Counted from the stretch's first letter, positions 10,473 to 19,785 are shown. The stretch: DNA of 64,000 bases from an uncultured Pseudomonadales bacterium (GCA_964603945.1 CAZRWP010000001.1:184547-248546), one strand, 5' to 3'. The notes: generated by a model not told the origin, from the letters alone. A program made the numbers and translations.

Positions 10473-10587
10473 ATTCTCCTTCTGTTAAATGTTTCTTGTT
10501 TTATACGCGCGAACACGTGTTTTCTATTGTACCTTGTCTGCTGATAAATTCCTGATTGGATTGTTTCCAAGAAGAAACATTCTCCCA

Positions 10588-10680
10588 AGAAGGATCATCC
10601 TTGCCCTTAGTTTCCTCAAGAAGGATCATCCTAGGATGATCCTTCCAGGCAAGCGGATGGGCAAGGATGATCCTTCCAGG
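10588..10680. repeat. ~90-bp nested palindromic intergenic repeat element, copy 1 (inverted orientation relative to copies 2 and 3)
   Basis: Four copies of 12-mer GAAGGATCATCC in alternating orientation with central perfect palindrome GGATCATCCTAGGATGATCC; near-identical to 13102-13190 and 61848-61935. Confidence 0.85.
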
Positions 10681-10789
10681 CTAAACATTCTCAAATATCA
10701 CAAAAAATGCCCTAGAATCAGCACATTTCAAAGATGTTCAAATATGTTCAAAGCTGTTTGAGCCGCTTAAGAACTAGCTTAAAACCAAT

Positions 10790-12490
10790 CTAAACCCCAT
10801 CTTCCAAATTCATCACCGCGGATTCCACCGCCTGGATCAGCTGATCTTCGCTTTCTTTAGCCGCCTCTGCTGAGACATCTTTGACCGGCTTGACCAAGGA
10901 ACAACGGAAATCGACTTCAGCTTGAAAACACTCAGTCAAGGCACGCTTAAACATGTCCTTGTATTTGGGTGATTCTAATTTTTCCTGATGAAAGCCCATA
11001 TCAAAACACACCTCAATTTCCTGATTTGCTACCTGGCCTAAACTGGCATTTCTAAGCAGAGATTCCAAAATCGGACTTTGTGTACGAGAAGTTAGCAGAA
11101 GTTTATTCCAAGCAGATTCAACCTGCTGACGAGATAAGGGATTATTTAATTTTTGTTTTGCAGACGAACCATTTTTTGCTGAAATCGCCTCATTTGCCGA
11201 CGAATCCATCGCCACCGCTTCAACGGCCTCAACCTCTGCAATCGCCTCCACATCTGTAATCGCTTCAACCTCTGCCACCACGCTGACATCATCCTTAACT
11301 AGCGGGATGGCCGGTTTTTGATCATTTTTTTTTACGCGGTTGGCGCTGGATTCAGTTTTTTGAGAAGAGTTTGGTTTATCAGGCTTTTTTTTTGTTTTTG
11401 ACGAACTTGCTTGATCAGTGTTTATTTTGTTTTCACCGCCATTTGCTCCAGACTCGCCATTTTCCGCCAAACACCAATCCAGACAAGCCAGTTCAAGCTT
11501 CAGGCCATCAATCGGCTCATAACCGCCAACCCGATCCGCCAAATGCCCAAGTAATCTGGCAATGTGGGAAATGGTCGCGGCCGGTTCCGGCCGTTCAATT
11601 GCCCGGTGCAAGCGCTCCTGCAACTGGTAAAACACCGCTTGTTCTAGGACGGCACTATCTAGGCCGCGCTGGCGATATTCTTGAAAAAACCCAGAAACAG
11701 CCGCCACATCTTTTTTGGCCAAATGCTTGAGCAGGGCAAGACTATCATCTGGACTGCCGGCAATTCGCTTGAGTTGCTCTTCATCAACCGCCTGCTCCTG
11801 TACTACCGCTTCAAAATACTTAACGGCGTCACGGAAACTGCCCTGAGCGGCAACAATAAGTTTCTGCCGAGCCTCTGCCGATAATTTGATTTTTTCTTGT
11901 TTAGCAATTACGTCTAAAACAGCCGTAATCTCATCTGGAGTTGCCTGCCGGAAACGAACCACCTCACACCTGGATTGCACCGTCGCCGGTATCTTGTGAG
12001 GCTCAGTGGTGGCTAAGACGAAAACGACCCGTTCTGGCGGCTCCTCGAGCATCTTTAGCAAGGCATTGAAGGCCTCAGTCGTCAACATGTGGACTTCATC
12101 CAAAATGACTACTCTAATCAAGCCTTCGCTGGGCACCACCGAAATTTGCTCCTGTAGCAAGCGAATATCATCAATTCCGCGGTGGCTGGCGGCGTCCTGC
12201 TCCAGTACCACCTGGGAACGTCCCAAGGCAATCTTCTGCAAAATCGGATCATCGCTGTCGGGTTCTTTAAGCGGACCGGACTGTTTTAAAACTTTTTTAC
12301 TATTGGCAGGATCATTTAGAATTCTGGCCAAAATGCGCGCAGCCGAGGTTTTGCCCGTACCCTTGGGACCAGCAAAAATGTAAGCGTGGGCATAGCGCCC
12401 TGATTTCAAAACACCCTGCAGATACTCTCTAACCGGAGCTAGAGCTAGCTCAGAAACCTTCTGCGGGCGATAAAGTCGATACCATGCCAT
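10790..12490 (-). CDS. dnaX: DNA polymerase III subunit tau/gamma
   Basis: Walker A GPKGTGKTSAARILA, clamp-loader AAA+ domains, Lys/Ser-rich linker then C-terminal tau domains; see finding on A9 tracts. Confidence 0.9.
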   Translation of the reverse strand: MAWYRLYRPQKVSELALAPVREYLQGVLKSGRYAHAYIFAGPKGTGKTSAARILARILNDPANSKKVLKQSGPLKEPDSDDPILQKIALGRSQVVLEQDAASHRGIDDIRLLQEQISVVPSEGLIRVVILDEVHMLTTEAFNALLKMLEEPPERVVFVLATTEPHKIPATVQSRCEVVRFRQATPDEITAVLDVIAKQEKIKLSAEARQKLIVAAQGSFRDAVKYFEAVVQEQAVDEEQLKRIAGSPDDSLALLKHLAKKDVAAVSGFFQEYRQRGLDSAVLEQAVFYQLQERLHRAIERPEPAATISHIARLLGHLADRVGGYEPIDGLKLELACLDWCLAENGESGANGGENKINTDQASSSKTKKKPDKPNSSQKTESSANRVKKNDQKPAIPLVKDDVSVVAEVEAITDVEAIAEVEAVEAVAMDSSANEAISAKNGSSAKQKLNNPLSRQQVESAWNKLLLTSRTQSPILESLLRNASLGQVANQEIEVCFDMGFHQEKLESPKYKDMFKRALTECFQAEVDFRCSLVKPVKDVSAEAAKESEDQLIQAVESAVMNLEDGV

Positions 12491-12595
12491 GTCTAATTGG
12501 AGTTATACCGTTATGTGAGTCGCGGGGCAAGCTGAATGTGTTCCAAATCTCCTGCCCGTTCACCTCTATAACTGTTCCCCTATAATAGCGATAGC

Positions 12596-13087
12596 ATGAG
12601 ACGAACGCAAATCAGTGTCACCGTATTTTTAAAATGCCAATCAAAGTATTTATTTTTACTGAGATCCCCAGAGCGAACCGTTGACGCCAACCGGCTAAAC
12701 GGCATCGGCGGCAAGGTGGAATCCGGCGAAAATTTCCTTGATACTGCCCTGCGCGAAACTCAGGAAGAAACCGGTTATTTGGTAACGGCTGAGCAAACCA
12801 GGTGGGCTGGAATGGCCAACTTGGAAGGCGGTTATCCAGTCGATTGGATTACTGTCTTTTTTGTAATTGAAGTAGATTCACTTGAAATTCCCGTCGGCCA
12901 CGATACCCGTGAAGGCCAGCTGATGTGGCTCAAACCAGACGAAGTTTTGAGCTCAAAGCATGAATTGGTTGATGATCTATATTTGATCTGGCCTCTCGTG
13001 ATTAAACAACAACCATTTTTCTTGCAAGCAACCTTAAACGACCAAGAAAAAATAGCTAAGCATTCTTTAACGATTTTGCCTAAGTAG
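12596..13087 (+). CDS. NUDIX hydrolase
   Basis: Nudix box GGKVESGENFLDTALRETQEETG (GX5EX7REUXEEXGU). Confidence 0.75.
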   Translation: MRRTQISVTVFLKCQSKYLFLLRSPERTVDANRLNGIGGKVESGENFLDTALRETQEETGYLVTAEQTRWAGMANLEGGYPVDWITVFFVIEVDSLEIPVGHDTREGQLMWLKPDEVLSSKHELVDDLYLIWPLVIKQQPFFLQATLNDQEKIAKHSLTILPK

Positions 13088-13101
13088 TTTTTTATTAAAC
13101 T

Positions 13102-13190
13102 GAAGGATCATCCTTGCCCCTCCGCTTGCCTGGAAGGATCATCCTAGGATGATCCTTCTTGAGGAAACTACGGGCAAGGATGATCCTTTC
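13102..13190. repeat. ~90-bp nested palindromic intergenic repeat element, copy 2
   Basis: Same element as 10588-10680 and 61848-61935. Confidence 0.85.
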
Positions 13191-13250
13191 TTACAAACAA
13201 GCTTCATTCGCCATCAAACGACTAACAATTAAAAATATTCTTTAAACTCC

Positions 13251-13415
13251 AATGAAAATTTTGATCTTTCCGACGAGACATATGGCTTTAGCCATCGTCC
13301 TAACCAACGCGAGACTTATTCCGACGAAACTTAGAGCTTTAGCTCTCGTAGAAAGATCATTACTCAAATGAAAATTTTGACCTTTGCGACGAGACACATG
13401 GCTTTAGCCATCGTC
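13251..13415. repeat. two ~49-bp direct repeats plus a related middle unit, each forming a bulged hairpin (GACGA..ATGGC-TTTA-GCCAT..TCGTC); likely terminator/structured 3' region of rplM-rpsI operon
   Basis: 13251-13299 and 13367-13415 near-identical (AATGAAAATTTTGA(T/C)CTTT(C/G)CGACGAGACA(T/C)ATGGCTTTAGCCATCGTC); variant hairpin AGAGC-TTTA-GCTCT at 13321-13349. Confidence 0.55.
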
Positions 13416-13436
13416 GAGGAGAAAAGTGTCAAAATT

Positions 13437-13961
13437 TTAACGCTTCGGACTCTGTCTCTTGGAGCGAGCTTTACCACCTCGACCTGGCTTACGGCTTTCC
13501 TTCATCCGTGGGTCACGGGTGAGGAAACCGGCATCACGCAGAGGCTTCTTGTAGTCAGCGTCAACTTTAACTAAAGCGCGGGAAATACCCATGATGACAG
13601 CTTCTAGTTGAGCCGCTGAGCCTGAGCCGCTAGTCTTAACCGAAACGGCATATTTGCCCAAAGTATTGGTAACACGAAAAGGAGCTGTAAATAGCTTTTC
13701 CGGATCAATCACTGAGTTGAAATGTTCAACCATGGTTCGGTCATTAATAATGTAATCACCAGGCTGCATGTACAAACGAACTCTGGCGGTAGCATTCTTG
13801 CGACGGCCAATAGCGACCAAATACTCACCCTGAGGCAAGCTCATCGCCTGGCGGTTAGAACTAGCACTGGCTCGTGCCGACTTCTTAGCCGATACGCGAG
13901 GTTGTTGCTTTTTAACTACCCTTTGGACTTTGCTTGCTGATTTCTTGAACTGTTTTGCCAT
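13437..13961 (-). CDS. rpsI: 30S ribosomal protein S9 with ~40-aa Lys-rich N-terminal extension
   Basis: C-terminal S9 signature GGGxSAQ..AxxMGISRAL...GFLTRDPRMKESRKPGRGGKARSKRQSPKR. Confidence 0.9.
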   Translation of the reverse strand: MAKQFKKSASKVQRVVKKQQPRVSAKKSARASASSNRQAMSLPQGEYLVAIGRRKNATARVRLYMQPGDYIINDRTMVEHFNSVIDPEKLFTAPFRVTNTLGKYAVSVKTSGSGSAAQLEAVIMGISRALVKVDADYKKPLRDAGFLTRDPRMKESRKPGRGGKARSKRQSPKR

Positions 13962-13969
13962 ATAAACCT

Positions 13970-14392
13970 TTATGCCTTTAGTTTGTCAGCGTAAGGGTGC
14001 TGATCATCCGACAATATCTTTAATCTTAGTAAGCGTGGTTGCTGTAATTTGTTTTTAGGGAGCATGCCTTTAACGGCTGACTCAATAATCTGTTCTGGAG
14101 CGCGTTGGCGCAGAGTGGCTAAGTTTTCTTGTTTAAATCCGCCCGGCTGACCGCTGTGGCGATAGTACATTTTATTAGCTTCTTTATTGCCGGTAACGGC
14201 TACTTCTTTAGCGTTAATAACCACGACGTAATCACCGCTATCAATGTGAGGTGTATAGGTTGGCTTGTGCTTGCCAATCAACCAATTAGCCGCTTGGGTG
14301 GCAACCTGACCCAAAACCTTGCCCTTGGCATCAATTAAGTGCCACTCGCGTTGAATTTCGGCTGTTTTTTGCATGTAAGTTTTCATAAACAC
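13970..14392 (-). CDS. rplM: 50S ribosomal protein L13 (start probably at MKTYM, 14386)
   Basis: L13 core (REWHLIDAKGKVLGQVAT...), rplM-rpsI pairing. Confidence 0.9.
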   Translation of the reverse strand: MFMKTYMQKTAEIQREWHLIDAKGKVLGQVATQAANWLIGKHKPTYTPHIDSGDYVVVINAKEVAVTGNKEANKMYYRHSGQPGGFKQENLATLRQRAPEQIIESAVKGMLPKNKLQQPRLLRLKILSDDQHPYADKLKA

Positions 14393-14397
14393 CTTAA

Positions 14398-14997
14398 TTA
14401 TTTAGCAGTCTCTGTCTTAGCTTTGGTTTTGGCTGAAGCAGACTTGCTGGTTGGCTTTTTAGCCACTTTTTTTGCTGACTTTTCCTCAGTTTTAGCTGAA
14501 GATTTTTTACTTGTTTTGTCAGATTTTTCACTAACCTTAGCTGTTTTTTCGCTTTTCTTAGCGTTGTCTTTGCCTGCTTTAGTTTCAGCTTTTTTGGCTG
14601 AGTCAACTTTTTTAGCAGTTTCTGCAACTTCTTTTTCAATTGGCTGACTAACTAACTCAAGCTTAACCATTGAGGAATCATCACCGCGGCGGCGACCTAA
14701 ACGGGTCAAGGTTGTAAAACCAGACTTCCGATCTTTTAAGGCTGGTGCCACACCATCAACAATTCGGTTAACGATTTGTTTAGAGCCGAAGAAGTGCTCC
14801 AAAGTGCGACGAGCATTTAAAGTCCCAGGTTTGGCCTTGGAAATAACTTTGTCAGCTAAACGACGAATAACTTTGGCTTTGGCTTCGGTGGTCTCAATGG
14901 CGCCTTCTTCAAACAGCGATTTCAGCATGCCTTTAAACAAAGCTTGACGCTGTTTGGTATTTCGGCTGAGAGCTTTACCTTTTACACGATGACGCAT
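14398..14997 (-). CDS. rplQ: 50S ribosomal protein L17 with ~80-aa Lys/Ala/Ser-rich C-terminal extension
   Basis: L17 core MRHRVKGKALSRNTKQRQALFKGM...TLTRLGRRRGD; position after rpoA. Confidence 0.9.
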   Translation of the reverse strand: MRHRVKGKALSRNTKQRQALFKGMLKSLFEEGAIETTEAKAKVIRRLADKVISKAKPGTLNARRTLEHFFGSKQIVNRIVDGVAPALKDRKSGFTTLTRLGRRRGDDSSMVKLELVSQPIEKEVAETAKKVDSAKKAETKAGKDNAKKSEKTAKVSEKSDKTSKKSSAKTEEKSAKKVAKKPTSKSASAKTKAKTETAK

Positions 14998-15010
14998 AAT
15001 TTCCTATTTC

Positions 15011-15946
15011 TTATTCTTCCGTTTCTGCCTGCAGTGATTTAAAACCAGCGCCAACCTTTTCTAGAGCTTCTTCAACCATATCTACTGACTTGTCACCCAG
15101 GTTTTTAACCAGAGAGGCTTGAGTCTTGGTTACATTGGCCATATCACCAACAGTGCTGTAGCCAGCTTTACGCAGGGCATTGGCGATCCGGGTTGGCAGT
15201 TCCAGCTCTTCAATGGTGAGACGGTTGGTCTCATTTTGAGGTTGGCTGGCAACTTCGACACTCTTTTGAACTACGTCGGTCGGATTAATCACTTGCTGGA
15301 AGTGGCCAATCAGGATTTCGGCTGACTGGTCCAGAACCTGGCGGGCGTCAACGGTGCCATCAGTCCAGACCTTTAAGATCAGTTTATCAAAGTCGGTGCG
15401 GCGGCCAACACGAGTTTCTTCAACTGTGTAGGCAACCTTGGTTACTGGCGAATAAATCGCATCAACCATTAATTCACCGGAAAGATCTTCTGATTCGCGC
15501 TCATTAGCTGGGCTGAAACCAATGCCGTATTCAACTGTTAATTCTAAATCCAAGGTCGAATCAGCTGACATAGTAGCCAAGTGATGTTGTTTGTTAACAA
15601 TCTCTACATTACCTGGACATTTAATATCACCGGCAGTAATTTCGCCGCCTTTTTTCTGGAGAGTTAAGTGAGTTGGATCGGTTAAATCAGATTTAATCCG
15701 GACTTCTTTGAGGTTAAGCATCAGCTCGACCACATCTTCGGTCATACCTTTGACGGTCTGGAATTCGTGATCTACGCCTTTAATCTTAACGGCGGTAATA
15801 GCGTGACCGGCAATTGAAGACAAAAGCACTCGGCGCAGGGCATTACCTACAGTGTGGCCATAGCCACGCTCCAAAGGTTCTAAGACAAATTCGGTATAGT
15901 CATCAGCCTGTTGGGCAATGAGTACGTTAAATACGGGTTTTATCAT
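15011..15946 (-). CDS. rpoA: DNA-directed RNA polymerase subunit alpha
   Basis: alpha NTD and CTD (…LELPTRIANALRKAGYSTVGD…), operon position rpsD-rpoA-rplQ. Confidence 0.9.
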   Translation of the reverse strand: MIKPVFNVLIAQQADDYTEFVLEPLERGYGHTVGNALRRVLLSSIAGHAITAVKIKGVDHEFQTVKGMTEDVVELMLNLKEVRIKSDLTDPTHLTLQKKGGEITAGDIKCPGNVEIVNKQHHLATMSADSTLDLELTVEYGIGFSPANERESEDLSGELMVDAIYSPVTKVAYTVEETRVGRRTDFDKLILKVWTDGTVDARQVLDQSAEILIGHFQQVINPTDVVQKSVEVASQPQNETNRLTIEELELPTRIANALRKAGYSTVGDMANVTKTQASLVKNLGDKSVDMVEEALEKVGAGFKSLQAETEE

Positions 15947-15954
15947 AGGGCTCC

Positions 15955-16566
15955 TTATCTTGAGTAGTATTCCACCACGAGCTGTTCTTCAATTCCTTCG
16001 GTAATGTCTTCGCGCTCGGGCAACGCAGTGACTTTACCAATAGTGGCTTTTCGCTCCAGCCACTTGGGAGTATTAATAACTGATTTTTCTCCAAGAAGTT
16101 CAGCAACATAAGGGATCTTGGCCGCTTTGGATGAGATCTCAATCACATCACCAATCTGAACTCGGAATGAGGCAATATCTAGTCTCTTGCCATTAACCTT
16201 GACGTGGCCGTGAGTAACCATCTGACGGGCGGCGGCTCTGGTAGGGGCAAACCCCAATCTAAAGACGACACTGTCCAGGCGGCGCTCCAAGAGCTTTAAC
16301 AGCTCCTGACCGGTACCTAAGGTTGATTTCATAGCTTCAGCGTAAGTGCGGCGCAGATATTTTTCCTGAACGCCATAAATATAACGAACTTTCTGCTTCT
16401 CCTGCAGTTGAACGCCATATTCGGACAGCTTGCGGCGCATATTGCGGCCGTGCTGGCCAGGACGAATGTTCAAGCGGCGAGCCACTTTTAAAGCATTCGT
16501 CTTTAAGCCGAGGTCTTGCCCGACTTTTCTTGATAGTTTGATTTTAGGACCGGTATATCTAGCCAT
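15955..16566 (-). CDS. rpsD: 30S ribosomal protein S4
   Basis: MARYTGPKIKLSRKVGQDL…, S4 domain; operon position. Confidence 0.92.
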   Translation of the reverse strand: MARYTGPKIKLSRKVGQDLGLKTNALKVARRLNIRPGQHGRNMRRKLSEYGVQLQEKQKVRYIYGVQEKYLRRTYAEAMKSTLGTGQELLKLLERRLDSVVFRLGFAPTRAAARQMVTHGHVKVNGKRLDIASFRVQIGDVIEISSKAAKIPYVAELLGEKSVINTPKWLERKATIGKVTALPEREDITEGIEEQLVVEYYSR

Positions 16567-16951
16567 GTTTCATCTTCCGTGCTTTAGTTCCGTTGTGAGG
16601 GATCGGGGTTACATCCGCGATCATCCCTAATGAAATTCCTGAGTTTCGAATTACGCGCAAGACGGCGTCGCGTCCTGGACCGGCACCTTTAATGTATAAA
16701 TCGGCTGAGCGCATGCCCATTTCCCTGGCACGGTCCAAACCTGTTTCAATCGCCACCGTGGCGGCGTAAGGAGTGGATTTGCGAGAGCCGGTAAAACCGA
16801 CTGCTCCAGTTGAGCTTGAGGAAATTGTGTTGCCGTGATCATCCGTTACTGTTACTAAAGTATTATTAAAAGTCGCATTAATGTAAATGCGGCCTTTTTG
16901 TACCACTTTGGCGTTTTTCTTGCGGGATGAGCTTGATCTTGGATTAGCCAT
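16559..16951 (-). CDS. rpsK: 30S ribosomal protein S11
   Basis: S11 core …IYINATFNNTLVTVTDDHGNTISSSSTGAVGFTGSRKSTPYAA…. Confidence 0.92.
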   Translation of the reverse strand: MANPRSSSSRKKNAKVVQKGRIYINATFNNTLVTVTDDHGNTISSSSTGAVGFTGSRKSTPYAATVAIETGLDRAREMGMRSADLYIKGAGPGRDAVLRVIRNSGISLGMIADVTPIPHNGTKARKMKHG

Positions 16952-16969
16952 ATATAAATACCTTGGAGA

Positions 16970-17374
16970 TTAACCTCTTTTAGCTTCTTCCATTTTGGCG
17001 GCCATTTCTTTTGTCATGGCTCCGACAGTGCGGCGCTTGCCGCGGCGGGTACGGGCGTTAGTCCGAGTTCGCTGACCGCGTGACGGTAGCATTTGAACGT
17101 GCCGATAACCACGATAACTGCTGATTCTTTTGAGTCGCTCAATTGAATCACGGATTTTCTGTCTTAAATTACCTTCAACTTCAAATGAGGCTTCAATAAC
17201 TTTCTGCAAACGATTGACTTCATCAGGAGTAAGCTCACTGACTCGTTTGTCACCATCTACTTTAGACTGGCTGAGAACTGTCTGAACATTAGACCGGCCA
17301 ACGCCATAAATATAAGTTAAAGCGATGAACACTTTTTTGTTATTTGGTAGATCAATTCCTGCTATACGTGGCAT
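16970..17374 (-). CDS. rpsM: 30S ribosomal protein S13
   Basis: MPRIAGIDLPNNKKVFIALTYIYGVGRSN… S13 signature. Confidence 0.92.
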   Translation of the reverse strand: MPRIAGIDLPNNKKVFIALTYIYGVGRSNVQTVLSQSKVDGDKRVSELTPDEVNRLQKVIEASFEVEGNLRQKIRDSIERLKRISSYRGYRHVQMLPSRGQRTRTNARTRRGKRRTVGAMTKEMAAKMEEAKRG

Positions 17375-17376
17375 AT

Positions 17377-17490
17377 TTATCCTTGAGTCTGGTTGTGGCG
17401 GCGGTTAACACACCGGATCATAAGTTTACCCTTACGGCGAATAAACTTGCATTGACGACAGCGTGGTTTAACACTTGTTTTGTATTTCAT
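17377..17490 (-). CDS. rpmJ: 50S ribosomal protein L36 (37 aa; not in ORF track because <60 aa)
   Basis: Hand translation of minus strand: MKYKTSVKPRCRQCKFIRRKGKLMIRCVNRRHNQTQG* (C-x2-C…C…H zinc ribbon, matches L36 pattern); between infA and rpsM. Confidence 0.88.
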   Translation of the reverse strand: MKYKTSVKPRCRQCKFIRRKGKLMIRCVNRRHNQTQG

Positions 17491-17492
17491 GT

Positions 17493-17888
17493 TTATTTTT
17501 CTATTTTTTCTTCAACTTTGGCTTTAGCCTTTACAGTTTCCACCTCTTTTGAGTTGGATTCGGCTTCGCCTGATTCTACTTTTTCAGCTGGCTGAACAGC
17601 CTGCTCTTCGGGAGTGTTAACACCCGATAATTCATGATCCCGCAGACGTCTTGTAATCCGGCCACGGTTTAGATCATAAACACTTAGTTCGGCCGTGACT
17701 TTATCGCCAGGCAGAACTCTAATGCGAAAGCGACGCATCTTACCGTTTAAGGTGCAGAGTACGGACTTTCCAATAATTTCTTCAGGTCCTTCGAGAACTG
17801 TTACTCGGAACATGGTATTTGGTAGGGATTCTGTCACCTCACCTGTGAGGATCAGAATATCTTTGCGTTGTTGACTACTTATTGCCAT
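17493..17888 (-). CDS. infA: translation initiation factor IF-1 with ~50-aa acidic/Lys C-terminal extension
   Basis: S1-like core …[57 protein letters not shown]…. Confidence 0.9.
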   Translation of the reverse strand: MAISSQQRKDILILTGEVTESLPNTMFRVTVLEGPEEIIGKSVLCTLNGKMRRFRIRVLPGDKVTAELSVYDLNRGRITRRLRDHELSGVNTPEEQAVQPAEKVESGEAESNSKEVETVKAKAKVEEKIEK

Positions 17889-17928
17889 GTAATGTTCCTG
17901 GTTTCACAGAGCCTGGATTGTACCAGAT

Positions 17929-18483
17929 TCACTGCCTGGTATCAAGACGTTTAATGATTTCGTTAAAAATCATCTGAACATCCTGCTCTCCGTCGATTTC
18001 TTCTAGCAAACCTTTCTGACGATAATACTCAATTACCGGCTCGGTGTGCTCATGGAATTGCTGGATACGCTTGCGAATAGCGGGTAAAGTTTCATCTTCT
18101 CTTAGTTCGGAACCATCCATAATCCGACCCGCAATGCGCCACAGCGCTTCTTTGTCTGAAATATTGAGATAAATTACGGCCGCTACCCCATTTTTAAAGG
18201 CTTCAGCCTGGGGAACGGTGCGTGGGAAGCCATCTAGGATGTAGCCACCTTCATATTCCGGCCGTTCCAGATATCCTTGTACAATTTCTGTGGTCCGGTC
18301 GTCCGGAATCAGCATACCGGCATTCATAACTTCTTTAATATAACGGCCAAGAGGTGTTTTTTCTCTGGCGATATTCCGGAAAATATGGCCTGAAGACAGA
18401 TAAGGAATATTGTAATAATCCTTGAGCAGATTTCCTTGTGTCGATTTACCTGCTCCCTGAATGCCAACAATAACTACTTTCAT
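17929..18483 (-). CDS. adk: adenylate kinase
   Basis: P-loop GIQGAGKSTQG, LID/NMP-binding regions; after secY. Confidence 0.9.
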   Translation of the reverse strand: MKVVIVGIQGAGKSTQGNLLKDYYNIPYLSSGHIFRNIAREKTPLGRYIKEVMNAGMLIPDDRTTEIVQGYLERPEYEGGYILDGFPRTVPQAEAFKNGVAAVIYLNISDKEALWRIAGRIMDGSELREDETLPAIRKRIQQFHEHTEPVIEYYRQKGLLEEIDGEQDVQMIFNEIIKRLDTRQ

Positions 18484-18498
18484 AGAGATCTCCTATTT

Positions 18499-19785
18499 TT
18501 AGACGTATTCCTCGTAACGATCATGAACCAGCTGAGATTGAACCTGCTGTAAGGTATCTAGAACCACCGAAACGACAATTAAAAGTCCCGTTCCGCCCAA
18601 AGTTAAAGTTGAAGAACCGGTGTACTGCTGAGCGAGTAACGGCAGAACCGCCACTACTGCTAGGTAAAGTCCACCAATAAAGGAAATCCTCAGCAAAACT
18701 CGAAGTAACAACTTTGAGGTAGGTTTGCCTGGTCTGACACCTGGTACAAAAGCACCGGATTTTTTAAGATCCTCGGCAAATTCTTTAGGATTAAAGTAGA
18801 CAAAAATGGCAAAGAAGGTAAAGGCAAAGACAAAAATAAAGTAGAGCGTGGTGTAGAACGAACTGCCTGGCGTAAATAATGTCTGCGCCTGACGAGCAAC
18901 ATTAGCCAGCCAGCCTGGAACATCGACGTTCAAGATTAAGGAAGCTAAAGTCGAAGGCAAAGTTAAAACCGGCAAAGCGAAAATGATCGGCATCACGCCA
19001 AATTGAGTAACCCGGATCGGAACATGTGACATGGAACCGCCGTACATGGCTGAACCGCGCTGGCGCTTGGCTTGCTGAATCGGAATTCGTCGCACCGCCT
19101 GCTGCATAAACACCACCGAAGCCATCAAGGCTAACAAAGCCGCACCGAGTCCCAGCACAATACCAAGACCAAGGAAATCACGCAGAGCAAATGTCTGAGC
19201 TATTGATTGCGGAATACTACTGATAATTCCGACAAAGATAATCCAAGAAGTGCCATTGCCAACGCCATGCTTGGTTAAGAGTTCACCAATCCACATGACC
19301 ACTAAAGAACCTGCCACCAGCGATAAAATAATGGCAACAAAATCCATGGGTGAAGTGGCCGTCAGCAAATTTTGCGATCTCAAGAGGAACAACAGTGATA
19401 ACGACTGAACCACACCAATCGGCACGGACAAAAATCGCGTCCACTGCTGAATTTGCGCCCGGGAAGCTTCGCTTTCCTTCTGCATCTCCTTTAAGCGGGA
19501 AATAAATAAGCCCGCCACCTGAAGCATAATGGACGAAGTAATATACGGACTAATACCCACAGCCGCGATTGAAAAGTTGGTCAAAGTTCCACCAGAGAAA
19601 ATATTTAAAATTCCCAGGAACTGATTGTTTTCGAGAATGGTGCGTAGTTGTTCAACGTTAACGCCAAATAAAGGTACAAAAGCAATTAAACGGAAAAATG
19701 CCGTTAATCCCAGAGTAGCTAGTAGCTTCTGCCGCAGGTCTTTGGACCACCATAAACCCCGCAGTATTTGTAGTACTTTTTTCAC
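18499..19785 (-). CDS. secY: preprotein translocase subunit SecY
   Basis: 10-TM protein, conserved SecY order after rplO. Confidence 0.92.
   Translation of the reverse strand: MKKVLQILRGLWWSKDLRQKLLATLGLTAFFRLIAFVPLFGVNVEQLRTILENNQFLGILNIFSGGTLTNFSIAAVGISPYITSSIMLQVAGLFISRLKEMQKESEASRAQIQQWTRFLSVPIGVVQSLSLLFLLRSQNLLTATSPMDFVAIILSLVAGSLVVMWIGELLTKHGVGNGTSWIIFVGIISSIPQSIAQTFALRDFLGLGIVLGLGAALLALMASVVFMQQAVRRIPIQQAKRQRGSAMYGGSMSHVPIRVTQFGVMPIIFALPVLTLPSTLASLILNVDVPGWLANVARQAQTLFTPGSSFYTTLYFIFVFAFTFFAIFVYFNPKEFAEDLKKSGAFVPGVRPGKPTSKLLLRVLLRISFIGGLYLAVVAVLPLLAQQYTGSSTLTLGGTGLLIVVSVVLDTLQQVQSQLVHDRYEEYV

Noticed and set aside
10489-10761. 90-aa ORF between ybaB and dnaX
   Set aside because: It spans copy 1 of the palindromic repeat element, and its sequence (…ILPRRIILALSFLKKDHPRMILPGKRMGKDDPSRL) is a translation of the repeat, not a gene.
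14339-14647. Long antisense ORFs rich in Ala/Leu/Phe/Ser opposite ribosomal protein tails (also 20250-20477, 25238-25573, 27322-27615, 28583-28771)
   Set aside because: They are reverse complements of the Lys/Ala-rich coding repeats (AAG/GCT-type codons), fully embedded in well-supported r-protein genes, with no RBS and atypical composition.
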